Shown piece by piece: positions 12,200 to 24,107 of a stretch of 64,000 nt of DNA. The notes under the pieces were generated by a model. It was not told where the DNA came from. It did no database searches and saw nothing but the letters and a program-made list of their open reading frames with translations. The translations under genes were made by a program, and so were the position numbers. Each line of letters opens with the position of its first letter. Position 1 is the first letter of the stretch. This DNA comes from Heterodontus francisci (lineage: Eukaryota): positions 42,812,430-42,876,429 of the forward strand of contig NC_090399.1 in NCBI RefSeq assembly GCF_036365525.1. The letters are read 5' to 3'.

Positions 12200-14257
12200 T
12201 GTAACGTCATGGACCAGCATATCCCCCACTCTGCCATTACCATCAAGACAGGGGACCAACCCTGGTTCAATGAAGAGTGCAGAAGGGCATGCCAGGAGCA
12301 GCACCAGGTATACCTCAAAATGAGGTGTCAACCTGGTGAAGCTGAAAGCCAGGGCTACTTGCATGCCAAACAGCATAAGCAGCATGCGACAGATCGAGCT
12401 AAGTGATCCTGTAACCACCGGATCAGATCTAAGCTCTGCAGTTCTGTCACATCCAGTCGTGAATGGTGGTGGACAATTAAATTACTAACAAGAGGAGACT
12501 CCACAAATATCCCCATCCTCAATGATGGGGGAGCACAGCACATCAGTGGGAAAGATAAGGCTGAAGCATTTGCAAAATTTCAGCCAGAAGTGCCAAGTGG
12601 ATGATCCGTCTCGGCCTCCTCCTGAAGTCCCCAGCATCACAGACGCCAGTCTTCAGCCAATCCGATTCACTCCGTGTGATATCAAGTAACGGATGAAGGC
12701 ATGGGATACTGCAAAGGCTATGGGCTCTGACAATATTCCGGCAATAGTACTGAAGACCTGTGCTCCAGAACTAGCTGCACCCCCAGCCAAGCTGTTCCAG
12801 TACAGCTACAACACTGGTATCTACCCTGCAATGTGGAAAATTGCCCAGGTATATCCTGCACAAAAAACAGGACAAATCCAACCCAGACAATTATTGTCCC
12901 ATCAGTCTACTCTCGATCATCAGCAAAGTGATGGACGGTGTCACTGACAGTGCTATCAAGCAGCACTTGCTTAGCAATAACCTGCTCAGTGATGCTCAGT
13001 TTGGGTTCCACCAGGGCCACTCAGCTCCTGATCTCATTTCAGCCTTGGTTCAAACATGGACAAAAGAGCTGAACTCCAGAGATGAAGTGAGAGTGACTGC
13101 ACTTAACATCAAGGCAGCATTTGATCGAGTGTGGCATCAAGGAGCCCTAGCAAAACTGGAGTCAATGGGAATCAGGGAGAAAACTCTCCACCGGTTGGAA
13201 TCATACTTAACGCAAAGGAAGATGGTTGTGGTTGTTGGAGGTCAATCATCTCACTCCAGAACATCACTGCAGGAGTTCCTCAGGCTAGTGTCCTAGGCCC
13301 AACCATCTTCATCTGCTTCATCAATGACCCTCCTTCAAATTATAGGGTCAGAAGTGGGGACGTGCACTGATGATTGCACAATGTTCAGCACCATTCACGA
13401 CTCCTCAGATACTGAAGCAGTCCGTGTAGAAATGCAGCAAGACCTGGACAATATCCAGGCTTGGGCTGATGAGTGGCAAGTAACATTTGCGTCACACAAG
13501 TGCCAGGCAATGACTATCTCCAACAAGAGAGAATCTAACCATCTCCTCTTGACATTCAATAGCATTACGATCGCTGAATCTCCCACGATCAACATCCTGG
13601 GCGTTAACATTGACCAGAAACTGAACTGGAGTAGCCATATAAATACCGTGGCTACAAAAGCAGGTCAGAGGTTAGGAATCCTGCGGCGGGTAACTCACCT
13701 CTTGATTCCCTAAAGCCTGTCCACCATCCACAAGGCACAAGTCAGGAGTGTGATGGAATACTCTCCAATTGCCTGGATGGGTACAGTTCCAACAACACTC
13801 AAGAAGCTCGACACCATCCAGGACAATGCAGCCCGCTTGATTGGCACCCCATCTACAACATTTTCTCCCTCCACCACCGATACACAGTGGCAGCAGTGTG
13901 TACCACCTACAAGATGCACTGCAGCAACACATCAAGGCTGCTCAGGCAGCACCTTCCAAACCCATGACCTCTACCACCTAGAAATACAATGGCAGCAGAT
14001 GCATGGGAACACCACCACCTGCAAGGTCCCTCCAAGCCACACACCATTCTGACTTGGAACTATATCGCCATTCCTTCACTGTCATTGGGTCAAAATCCTA
14101 GAACTCCCTTCCTAACAGCACTGTGGGCGTACCTGCCCAACATGGACTGCAGCGGTTCAAGAAGGCAGCTCACCACTGCCTTCGCATGGGCAAATAGGGA
14201 TGGGTAATAAATGCTGGCCTGGCCAGTGATGCCCACACCCTGTGAAATGAATGAATA
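12200..14257 (+). mobile_element. LINE of a second CR1/Jockey-group family, 5'-truncated RT and 3' tail
   Basis: KSNPDNYCPISLLSIISKVM, QFGFHQGHS, IKAAFDRVWH, AGVPQASVLGP, TDDCTMF, ILGVNID. Tail ...gtgaaatgaatgaataaa. Confidence 0.88.
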
Positions 14258-14458
14258 AACCCATTCCCCAAATACCAAAAATACGCATCAGACCGACTCC
14301 CCAAACACCAGCAAAACCATCAGACCTCCAAACACCAGCAAAACCCATCAGACCCCCAAACACCAGCAAAACCCATCAGACCCCCAAACACCAGCAAAAC
14401 CCATCAGACCCCCAAACACCAGCAAAACCCATCAGACCCCCAAACACCAGCAAAACCA
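14258..14458. repeat. Minisatellite caaacaccagcaaaacccatcagacccc, segment 2
   Basis: About 6 near-perfect 28-29 bp units. Confidence 0.85.
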
Positions 14459-16615
14459 CTCTTGCAAACACACGAATTAAGAGCAGGAGTAGGCCACTCG
14501 GCCCCTCAAGCCTGCTCCGCCATTCAACAAGACCATGGCTGATCTGATTGTAACCTCGACTCCACATTCCCGTCTCCCCCCAACAACCTTTCACCCCCTT
14601 GCTCTTAAAATATTCAAAGACTCTGCTTCCACCGCCTTTTGAGGAAGAGAGTTCCAAAGACTCACGATGGTCTGAGAGAAAAATAAGTTCTCATCTCTGT
14701 CTTAAATGCGTGACCCCCTATTTTTGAACAGTGGCCCCCTAGTTCTAGATTCTTCCACAAGAGGAAACATTATTTTCACATCCACCCTGTCAAGACCCCT
14801 CAGAATCTTATATGTTTCAATCAAGTCGCCTCTTACTCTTCTAAACTCCAGCAGATACAAGCCTGGCCTGTCCAACATTTCCTCATAAGACAACCCAGGT
14901 GTTAGTCTCGTAAACCTTTTCTGAACTGCTTCCAACGCACTTACATCCTTCCTTAAGTAAGGAGATCAATACTGTACACAGTACTCTAGATGTGGTCTCA
15001 CCAATGCCCTGTGTAGCTAAAGCATAACCTCCCTACTTTTTTGTTCAATTCCCCTCACGATAAATGATAACATTCTATTAGCTTTCCTATTTACTTACTG
15101 TACCTGCATACTAACCTTTTGTAATTCATGCACTAGGACACCCAGAACCCTCTGCATCTCAGAGCTCTGCAAAATCTCACCATTTAGATAATACGCTTCT
15201 TTTTGATTCTTCCTGCCAAAATGGACAATTTCACATTTTTCCACATTATACTCCATTTGCCAGATCTTTTCCCACTCACTTAACCTATCTATATCCCTTT
15301 GTAGCCTCCTTATGACCACTTGACAACTTACTTTCCTACCTATCTTTGTGTCATCAGTATATTTGGCAACCATACTTTTGGTCCCTTCATATAAGTCATT
15401 TATATAAATTGTAGAAAGTTGAAGCCCCAGCACTGAACCCTGTGGCACACCACTCGTTACATCTTGTTAACCAGAAAATGACCCATTTATGTCTGCTCTC
15501 TGTTTCCTGTTAGCTAGCCAATCTTCTATCCATGCCAATGTTACCCCCTACACCATGAGCTTTTATTTTCTGCAATCACGTTTTATATGGCATCTTTTCA
15601 AATGCCTTCTGGAAATCTAAGTACAGTACATCCACCGGTTCACCTTTATCCACAGGACATGTTACTTCTTCAAAGACCTCCAATAAATTGGTTAGACATG
15701 ATTTCCCTTTCACAAAGCCATGTTGACTCTGCCTGATCACCTTGAATTTTTCTAAGCGCAGTCATAACATCTGTAATAACAGCTTCTAACATTTTTCCTA
15801 AGACAGATGTTAAGCTAATTGGCCTGTAGTTTCCTGCTTTCTATCTCCCTCCCTTTTTGAATAAAGGAGTTACATTGGCTATTTTCCAATCTAATGGAAC
15901 CTTCCCCGAATCTAGGGAATTTTGGAAAATCAAAACCAACACATCTGCTGTCACACTGGCCACTTCTTTTAACACCCTAGGATGAAGGCCATCAGGACCT
16001 GGGGACTTGTCAGCTCGCAGCTCCAACAATTTGCTCAGTACTACTTCCTTGGTGATTGTAATTTTCTTGAGTTCCTACCTCCCTTTCATTTCTTGATTTA
16101 CAGCTACTTCTGGAATGTTACTTGTATCCTCTATGGTGAAGACCGAAGCAAACTATTTGTTCAATTCATCTGCCATCTCCTTATTTTCCCTTATTAATTC
16201 ACCAGATTCACTTTCTATAGGACCAACGCTCAGTTTAACTCTTTTTAAAAAATATCTATAGAAACTCTGACCATCTGTTTTTCATATTTCTTGCCAGCTT
16301 TCTCTCGTACTCTAACTTTTCCCTCCTTATTAATCTTTTAGTCATTCTTTGCTGCTATTTTATATTCTGTCCAATCTTGACCTGCCACTCATCTTTGTGC
16401 AATTTTATGCTTTTTCTTTAAGTTTGATACTATCTTTAATGTTTTTAGTTAACCACGGATAGTGGGTCCTCCCCTTGGAATTTTTCTTTCTCGTTGGAAT
16501 GTATCTATTCTGTGTATTCTGAAAAAAGCCCTTAAATGTCTGCACTGCATCTCTATTGACCTATCCCTTAACCTACTTTGCCAGTTCACTTTTGCTACCT
16601 CTGCTTTCATTCCCT

Positions 16616-19600
16616 CATAGAAACATAGAAAATAGGAGCAGGAGTAGGCCATTCGGCCTTTCGAGCCTGCTTCGCCATTCATTATGATCATGGCTGATCA
16701 TCCAACTCAGTAGCCTGTTCCGGCTTTCGCCCCATATCCTTTGATCCCTTTAGACCCAAGAGCTATATCTAACTCCTTTTTGAAAACATACAATGTTTTG
16801 GCCTCAACTGCTTTCTGTGGTAGTGAATTCCACAGGCTCACCACTCTCTGGGTGAAGAAATTTCTCCTCACCTCAGTCCTGAAAGGTTTACCCTGCATCT
16901 TTAGACTATGACCCCTGGTTCTGGACTCCCCCACCATCAGGAACATCCTTCCTGCATCTACCCTGTCAAGTCCTGTTAGAATTTTATTGGTTTCTATGAT
17001 ATCCCCCCTCACTATTCTGAACTCCAGCAAATATAATCCGAACCGACCCAATCTCTTCTCAGACGTCAGTCCCGCCATCCCAGGAATCAGTCTGGTAAAC
17101 CTTCACTGCACTCCCTCTATAGCAAGAACATCCTTCCTCAGATAAGGAGACCACAACTGCACACAATATTCCAGGTGTGGCCTCACCAAGGCCCTGTATA
17201 ATTGCAGCAAGACATCCCTGCTTCTGTACTCGAATCCTCTCGCTATGAAGGCCAACATAGCATTTGCCCTTTTTACCGCCTGTTGCACCTGCATGCTTAC
17301 CTTCAGCGACTGGTGTATGAGAACAGCCAGGTCTCGCTGCATATTCCCCTCTCTCAGTTTATAGCCGTTCAGATGATAATCTGCCTTCCTGGTTTTGCTA
17401 CAAAAGTAGATAACCTCACATTTATCCACATAATACTGCATCTTCCATGCATTAGTCCACTCACTCAACTTGTCCAAATCACCCTGAAGCCTCTCTGCAT
17501 CCTCCTCACAACTCACCCTCCCACCCAGTTTTGTGTCATCTGCAAACTTGGAAATACTACATTTAGTTCCCTCATCTAAATCATTAATGTATGTTGTGAA
17601 TAGCTGGGGTCCTAGCACCAATCCCTGCGGTGCAACACTAGTGACTGCCTGCCATTCGGAAAGAGACCCATTTATTCCTACTCTTTGTTTCCTGTCTGCC
17701 AACCAATTTCCTATCCATCGCAATACACTACCCCCAATCCCATGCGCTTTAATTTTACTTGCTAATCTCTTATGTGGGACTTTGTTGAAAGCCTTCTGAA
17801 AGTCCAAATAAACCACATCCACTGGCTCCCCCTCATTAACTCTACTGGTTACATCCTCAAAGAATTCTAGTAGATTTGTCAAGCATGATTTCCCTTTCGT
17901 AAATCCATGCTGACTCAGCCTGATTCTACCAGTGTTCTCTAAGTGGTCTGCTATAAAATCTTTGATAATGGACTCTGGAATTTTCTCCACTACCAGCGTC
18001 AGGCTGACTGGTCTATTATTCCCTGCTTTCTCTCTACTTCCCTTTTTGAAATAGTGGGTTGACATTAGCTACCCTCCAATCTGTAGGAACTGTTCCAGAG
18101 TCTACAAAGTCTTGGAAGATGACCACCAATGCATCCACTATTTCTTGGGCCACTTCCTTAAGTACTCTGGGATTTCTCTACTAATACTGATTTCCTTCAG
18201 TTCCTCTCTGTCACTAAGCCATGTATTGCCCAACATTTCTAGTATGATATTTGTGTCCTCCTTTGTGAAGACAGAACCAAAGTATGCATTTAGTTGGTCA
18301 GCCATTTCTTTGTTCCCCATAATAAATTCCCCCGTTTCTGACTGTAAGGGACCTACATTTGTCTTCACCATTCTTTTTCTCTTCACATACCTATAGAAAC
18401 TTTTACAGTCAGTTTTTATGTTCCCCGCAAGCTTGCTCTCGTACTCTATTTTCCCCTTCTTAATCAATCCCTTGGTCCTCCTTTGCTGAATTCTAAACTG
18501 CTCCCAATCCTCAGGTCTGTTGTTTTTCCTGGCAAATTTATATGTCTCTTCCTTGGATCTAATGCTATCTCTAATTTCCCTTGTAAGCCATGGTTTGGCT
18601 ACATTTCCCAGTTTACTTTTGCGCCAGACAGGAATAAACAATTGTTGCAGTTCATCCATGTGCTCTTTAAATGTTTGTCATTGCCTATCCACCATCATCC
18701 CTTCAAGTAACGCTTCCCAATCTGTCATGGCTATCTCGCGCCTCATACCTTCGTAGTTTCCTTTACTAAGATTCAGGACCCTTGTCTCAGAATCAACTAC
18801 GTCACTCTCCATCTTGATGAAGAATTCTATCATATTATGGTCGCTCGTCCTCAAGTGGTTTCACACCACTAGATTGTCAATTATTCCTCTCTCATTACAC
18901 AATACCCAGTCTAGGATGGCCTGTTCTCTGGTTGGTTCCTCAACGTATTGGTCCAGAAAACCATCCCGTATACACTCCAAGAATTCCTCCTCTACGGTTG
19001 ATTTGCCCAATCTATATGCAGATTAAAATCACCCATAATTACAGATGTTTCTTTATCGCATACATCTCTAATTTCCTGTTTAATGCCATTCCCAACGTCA
19101 CCACTACAGTTTGGGGGTCTATATACAACCCCCACTAACGTTTTTTGCCCCTTAATGTTTCTCAGCCCTACCCATACAAGATTCCACATCGTCAGAGCAA
19201 ATATCTTTCCTCACTATTGCATTAAATTTCCTCTTTAACCAGCAATGCAACTCCACCGCCTTTTGCTTTTTGTCTGTCCTTCCGAAATACTGAATTTCCC
19301 TGGATGTTCATTTCCCATCCCTGGTCACCTTGCAGCCATAACTCCGTAATCCCGACTATATCATACCTGTTTACATCTATTTGCGCGACTAATTCATCCA
19401 CTTTATTGCGAATGCTCCGCGCGCTAAGACACAAAGCCTTAAGGCTTGTCTTTTTAACATTACTTGTCCTCTTCCCACTATTTTTCACTGTGGCCCTGTT
19501 TGATTCTGACCCTTGATTTCTCTGCCTATCACTTTTCTTATTCCCCTTACTGTCTTTTGTTCTTTTCTTTGATTCCCCCTCTGAGTCCTTGAAAAGGTTC

Positions 19601-19683
19601 CCATTCCCCCCTGCCCTTTTAGTTTAAACCCTCCCCAACCACTCCAGCAAATACTCCCCCGAGGACATCAGTCCCGGTCCTGC
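16616..19683 (-). mobile_element. Younger CR1 LINE nested inside the preceding CR1
   Basis: Tail catagaaacatagaaa at 16616. 320-aa RT ORF 17103-18065 (YLDFQKAF, PQGLVLGP, KFADDTK). EN start SLKALCLSARSIRNK..GITELW. Confidence 0.88.
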
Positions 19684-20055
19684 CCTTATTTAAGTTTAAA
19701 ATACTTGTGTTGGAGCCATTCTTCTCTCTTTAACACTTAATGTAAAATTCAATCATATTATGATTGCTGCTGCCTAGGTGCGCCTTCACTATGAGGTCAT
19801 TAATTAATCCTATCTCATTGCACAATACCAGGTGTAGTACAGCCTTGTCTCTGGTTGGCTTCAGAATGTGCTGTTCTGAGAAACTATCCCAAAAACAATC
19901 TATGAACTCCTCATCAAGGCTACCTTTGCCCATCTAATTTTTCCAATCTATATGTAGATTCAAATCCCTCATGATTATCATCATACCTTTCTGACAAGCA
20001 CCCAGTATTTCTTCCTTTATAAAAACAAGAAACCCTAACCCTAACTCTTCTTCTT

Positions 20056-20094
20056 GAGTTCTGAAGAAGGGTCACTGACCTGAAACATTAACTC
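20056..20094 (+). ncRNA. Minimal hammerhead ribozyme motif in short Penelope-derived insertion
   Basis: GAGTT-CTGAAGA-AGGGTCACTGACCT-GAAA-CATT-AACTC, with a 5-bp helix I and intact core. Confidence 0.6.
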
Positions 20095-20151
20095 TGCTTC
20101 TCTCTCCACAGATGCTGCCAGACCTGCTGAGCATTTCCAGCGTTTCTTGTT

Positions 20152-20412
20152 TTAGATTAGATTAGATTAGATTAGAGATACAGCACTGAAACAGGCCCTT
20201 CGGCCCACCGAGTCTGTGCCGAACATCTACCACCCATTTATACTAATCCTGCACTAATCCCATATTCCTACCAAACATCCCCACCTGTCCCTATATTTCC
20301 CTACCACCTACCTATACTAGTGACAATTTATAATGGCCAATTTACCTATCAACCTGCAAGTCTTTTGGCTTGTGGGAGGAAACCGGAGCACCCGGAGAAA
20401 ACCCACGCAGAC
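20152..20412 (-). mobile_element. 5'-truncated HE1/V-SINE-like SINE
   Basis: (TCTAA)n tail on the minus strand. Nearly identical to 20782-21040. Confidence 0.85.
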
Positions 20413-20781
20413 AGTTTTTATTTCAGATTTCCAGCATCCACAGTATTTTGCTTTTATTTCTTCCTTTATACCCTGTCCTACAATGTGATAATTGTTCGGG
20501 GGCCTGTACACCACTCCCACAAGTGACTTCTTGCCTTTATCATTTCTCATCTCGACCCAAACCGCTTCTACATCCTAGTTTCCTGAACTTAGGTCATCCC
20601 TCTCTATTAGCTCGATCCCTCTCCACTCCCCAACCACCAGCAAAACCCATCAGACCTACTCCGCAAACGCCAACAAAACCCATCAGACCCACTCCCCAAA
20701 TAGGAGTAATACCGATTCTGGGAGAATGACAACTCTAAACCTCTGGAAAGGAAACTGAGCAGCTGACAGGAATCCACGTCC

Positions 20782-21140
20782 AGATTAGATTATTAGATTA
20801 AATATACAGCACTGAAACAGGCCCTTCGGCCCACCGAGTCTGTGCCGAACATCAACCACCCATTTATACTAATCCTACACTAATCCCATATTCCTACCAA
20901 ACATCCCCACCTGTCCCTATATTTCCCTACCACCTACCTATACTAGTGACAATTTATAATGGCCAATTTACCTATCAACCTGCAAGTCTTTTGGCTTGTG
21001 GGAGGAAACCGGAGCACCCGAGAAAACCCACGCAGACACAGGGAGAACTTGCAAACTCCACACAGGCAGTACCCGGAATCGAACCCAGGTCCCTGGAACT
21101 GTGAGGCTGCGGTGCTAACCACTGCGCCACTTTGCCGCCC
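20782..21140 (-). mobile_element. Full-length tRNA-derived SINE (shark HE1 / V-SINE type)
   Basis: Minus strand head gggcggcaaagTGGCGCAGTGG (A box)...GGTTCGATTCC (B box), V-domain-like gtgtggagtttgcaagttctccctgtgtctgcgtgggttt, and TCTAA-repeat tail. Confidence 0.88.
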
Positions 21141-21285
21141 ATTGTGAGACGTTTCCAGGGGTCTTTATCCTCAATCCCTACCCCCTCCCCAGGATATCTC
21201 CAGCCTCCGACAGTTAAGGAGCAGCCATCTCCAGAGGGCCAGTCTCAAAGCTCAGTGTTGAATTGTACGAGCTGGTCTTTAGTGA
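21141..21285 (-). other. Probable 3'-UTR exon of the MHC class I gene (downstream end unknown)
   Basis: Acceptor gtctgtctctccctgtatag at 21287-21286 pairs with the gtatg donor after the stop-codon exon. Confidence 0.5.
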
Positions 21286-21416
21286 CTATACAGGGAGAGA
21301 CAGACACTGCATTCAGATTCCACCCACCAGATTGTACAGTTAACACCAGCTGTCATAGCCCAGTTAGAAGGCCAGGGAAGGATCTGCTCATACGATTGAT
21401 CAACACGATTCATACC

Positions 21417-21463
21417 TCAGGCATTGGCGGAGGAGCTGGATGAGGATTCCCCTTTATCAGAAG
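21417..21463 (-). CDS. MHC class I heavy chain, last coding (cytoplasmic) exon
   Basis: ttaacag| (A)CT TCT GAT AAA GGG GAA TCC... = TSDKGESSSSSSANA*, then G|gtatg. Ser-rich tail typical of class I. Confidence 0.8.
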
Positions 21464-21636
21464 CTGTTAATGGAAGGACAGGCATTAACAAACTGTTCAC
21501 TATGAGAGATAGAGACAGAGTCAGTGAACAAGATACAAAGACAAAGAGAGAGAGAAAAATGGAGAGATGGACAAAGACAAAGACACAGATGCACACACAG
21601 AGAAAGAAAGACAGAGATAGAGCCAGCATGCAAGAT

Positions 21637-21645
<9 letters not shown>

Positions 21646-21692
<47 letters not shown>
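21646..21692. repeat. (AG)n microsatellite within a GA-rich intron
   Basis: About 23 perfect AG units. Confidence 0.95.
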
Positions 21693-21696
<4 letters not shown>

Positions 21697-21829
21697 GGAC
21701 AGAGACACAGAGAGAGTAAGGCAGAGATGGAGGAAGCCATAGAAATGAGCTGTTGTGTGTCAGACACCCAATGAGCAATGATTCACACAGTTACACAAAG
21801 ATCCAGATGATGTTTGATGGTCAGCTTAC

Positions 21830-21862
21830 TCTTTGTAGGATTGTAGCCGCTCGTCCCTGTCA
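21830..21862 (-). CDS. MHC class I heavy chain, cytoplasmic exon 1 (33 nt)
   Basis: tttttcag|TG ACA GGG ACG AGC GGC TAC AAT CCT ACA AAG A|gtaag = VTGTSGYNPTK. Contains the conserved cytoplasmic Tyr, phase 1/1. Confidence 0.85.
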
Positions 21863-21959
21863 CTGAAAAACAAGGAATACTCAGTGAGTGACAAGAGAAT
21901 AACAGAAAATCGGATTGGAGACAGGCAGGAACTCCGAATGAAAGCAAGAGACGGACCCT

Positions 21960-22355
21960 CCCCCACACTGAGCCCCTCTCTCCACCCTGAGCCCCGATCA
22001 TGGACCCCTCGTCCCCACCTTGATTCCCAATCCCGGTCCCCTCGTCCCAACCCTGAGCCCCGATTCTGGTCCCCTCGTCCCAACCCTGAGCCCCGATCCT
22101 GGTCCCCTCGTTCCAACCCTGAGCCCCGATCCTGGTCCCCTCGTTCCAACCCTGAGCCCCGATCCTGGTCCCCTCGTTCCAACCCTGAGCCCCGATCCTG
22201 GTCCCCTCGTCCCAACCCTGAGCCCCGATTCTGGTCCCCTCGTCCCAACCCTGAGCCCCGATCCTGGTCCCCTCGTCCCAACCCTGAGCCCCAATCCTGG
22301 TCCCCTCGTCCCAACCCTGAGCCCCGATCCTGGTTCTCTTGTGCCCACCCTGAGC
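21960..22355. repeat. 33-bp minisatellite (cctgagccccgatcctggtcccctcgtcccaac), about 11 units
   Basis: Near-perfect tandem copies in the TM/cytoplasmic intron. Four G-tracts per unit on the gene's sense strand. Confidence 0.95.
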
Positions 22356-22554
22356 TCCTTTGCTCCAAAATAAGCCCCACCTATGACTCTGGGCCCTCAG
22401 CTCAGCCTTTCCATCCTAAATCTGTACCCTTCCTCATGACCCTGAGCCTCACCCCCTACATCCTGAGCCTCACAGTCTGCCCTCCTCCACTCTCTGGGGC
22501 CCACGGCTTCCTCTCCCCCAGTGAGGCCCTGTCCATATTCTCTCCAATTCCTAC

Positions 22555-22665
22555 CTTTCCTCTTATAGACAGCGACAGCCACAATGACGAGAACGATGAT
22601 CAGCCCGAGGATCACAAGTACAATCCCGACAGTAACAGGGATCTGGGAGTCAGACTTTAGTCCTG
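22555..22665 (-). CDS. MHC class I heavy chain, connecting peptide/transmembrane exon
   Basis: ctccag|cag| tandem acceptor (22665 or 22662), (A)GLKSDSQIPVTVGIVLVILGLIIVLVIVAVAVYKRK G|gtagg. In frame with alpha3. Confidence 0.88.
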
Positions 22666-23050
22666 CTGGAGAGCGAGAGAATGAGAGAGAGAATCAGAGA
22701 TATCCCAGGATACAGCGTGTCCTTGTAGTACTATAATATCCCAAGACACACTAGGTCCAGTCGTACTGTAATATCCCGGGATATTAATCTGTTAATTGTG
22801 AATGAATTTTTTAATTATATGCAGTGGAGGGTGTTAATTGGGGACTTACTTAAGCACTTATAAGCAGACACTTACTGAGACTGGTAAAAGTATTTGACGG
22901 AGGGGCTACATGTTTGAAATCCTTTTACTCTGTACAAACTGAGTAAAAATAGGCTCCAGCATCATCCTTCTATAACAAGCTTTCTGGAGGTTACACCAGA
23001 ACCTGCCATACTGTAATATCCCAGGATACACCGGGTCCTGCTGTACTGTA

Positions 23051-23620
23051 TGTTGGAGAATTTTCTGAGCTTTGCTAATTATTACTTAACTTTGTAGAAA
23101 TAGAAAAACAGGACGCAGCTTGTAGCTAACCTAACCAATGGTCATAAAATGTAGACAGAGCAACTGACCACAATCAACTATCTTAGGAAGAGACAGAGCT
23201 CATGATGGATTTTGGGGAAGTGAACGCCGACTGTTCATTGCTGACTCTTCCGCTTTTATCATGTTTGTGCAACCTAGCCAGAAGTAACGGCCAGATATAG
23301 TCTGGAGTGGGCATTGAATTAAGGAACTAGCGTGTTATGCTCGAACTAACGCTCTACTGACCTCGGACTTTGCAAAGGGCACAGAGCTGCAGGTGGTCTT
23401 GTGGTTGTCCTGTGGTTTATGCTTAATTGTGAAACTGCTAGCTCTGCTTCTTTTACACTATATAAGTCCACGACGATTTGTAGCTGTCGGGAGCAGCACT
23501 GGACCACATTTAGGTAAGGTGTGCACCCCCATGATATCATGCAATAAAGTGTTTGATTCTCAACGTCCGAGTCCGGAGAATTTGTTCAACAATTGGGCAC
23601 AATCTGGGTTTTCTCCAACA
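23051..23620 (+). mobile_element. Solo LTR, 570 bp
   Basis: TGTTGGAGAA...TTCTCCAACA 10-bp inverted termini, perfect 5-bp TSD CTGTA (23046-50 and 23621-25), TATAA at 23461, AATAAA at 23543. Confidence 0.9.
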
Positions 23621-23635
23621 CTGTAATATCCCGGG

Positions 23636-24104
23636 TTTGGGGACAGATCAAAAGTAAGCTAACCAACTAATTATGAATTACTAACAAACTAACTGTGGAG
23701 CTGTGGAGACAGTTTATAAAAAAAACTCACAAGCAGAAGCTAACAGGACAGCTGCAGATAGCTTAATAGTAGCCTATTGTTTAATAATCAGCCTAACAGT
23801 TCAAGGAGGGGGGATGTGAAACTACTGAAATAAAATGCCAAAATAAAATAACCAATCATGCAATGATAACAGAAGTCTACAAACCACTCAGAAGCAAAGG
23901 GGAGGGGGGGGGGGGGTTACTAGTTTTGTTTGAATAGCTATAAGAAAGACTTGCTGTAGTGAGCACATGTTCTTTTGTTTTGCTCTTTTGTTTTGTTCTT
24001 TTGCATGTTCTTTTTCTTTGCTTTGTAACAATCACGTCCTGCAATAAAGTTTCTAAAAGTTACGATCGGACTTCGTCTCTCTTTGTAACTGATGGGATCT
24101 AACA
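23636..24104 (+). repeat. ERV 5' LTR
   Basis: tttggggacagatcaaaagt...AATAAA(24043)...gggatctaaCA, homologous to 30301-30782. Confidence 0.9.
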
Positions 24105-24107
24105 ACT

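Larger units (their letters stand above)
20022..20454 (+). mobile_element. Short Penelope-derived pLTR insertion with nested SINE, flanked by a ~16-bp duplication
   Basis: tatttcttcctttata at 20006-20021 and 20455-20470. The internal sequence is the reverse complement of the 3699-3800 pLTR. Confidence 0.7.
14468..20612 (-). mobile_element. CR1 LINE ORF2 (same family as 5965-8835), interrupted by nested insertions
   Basis: RT and 3' part at 14468-16615. The EN part resumes at ~19684 (cccttatttaagtttaaaatac, cf. 8113) and continues to ~20612 (KKSLVGVVYRPP). Confidence 0.85.

Noticed and set aside
21065-21140. tRNA-like sequence
   Set aside because: It is the tRNA-derived head of the SINE, not a tRNA gene.
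21421-21778. ER/SL-repeat ORFs
   Set aside because: Translation of the (AG)n microsatellite. Only 21417-21463 is a real exon.
21826-22660. ORFs with RGD repeats (RGDQDRGSGL) and PEPRSWSPR repeats
   Set aside because: By-products of a 33-bp (multiple of 3) intronic minisatellite, with no independent coding evidence.
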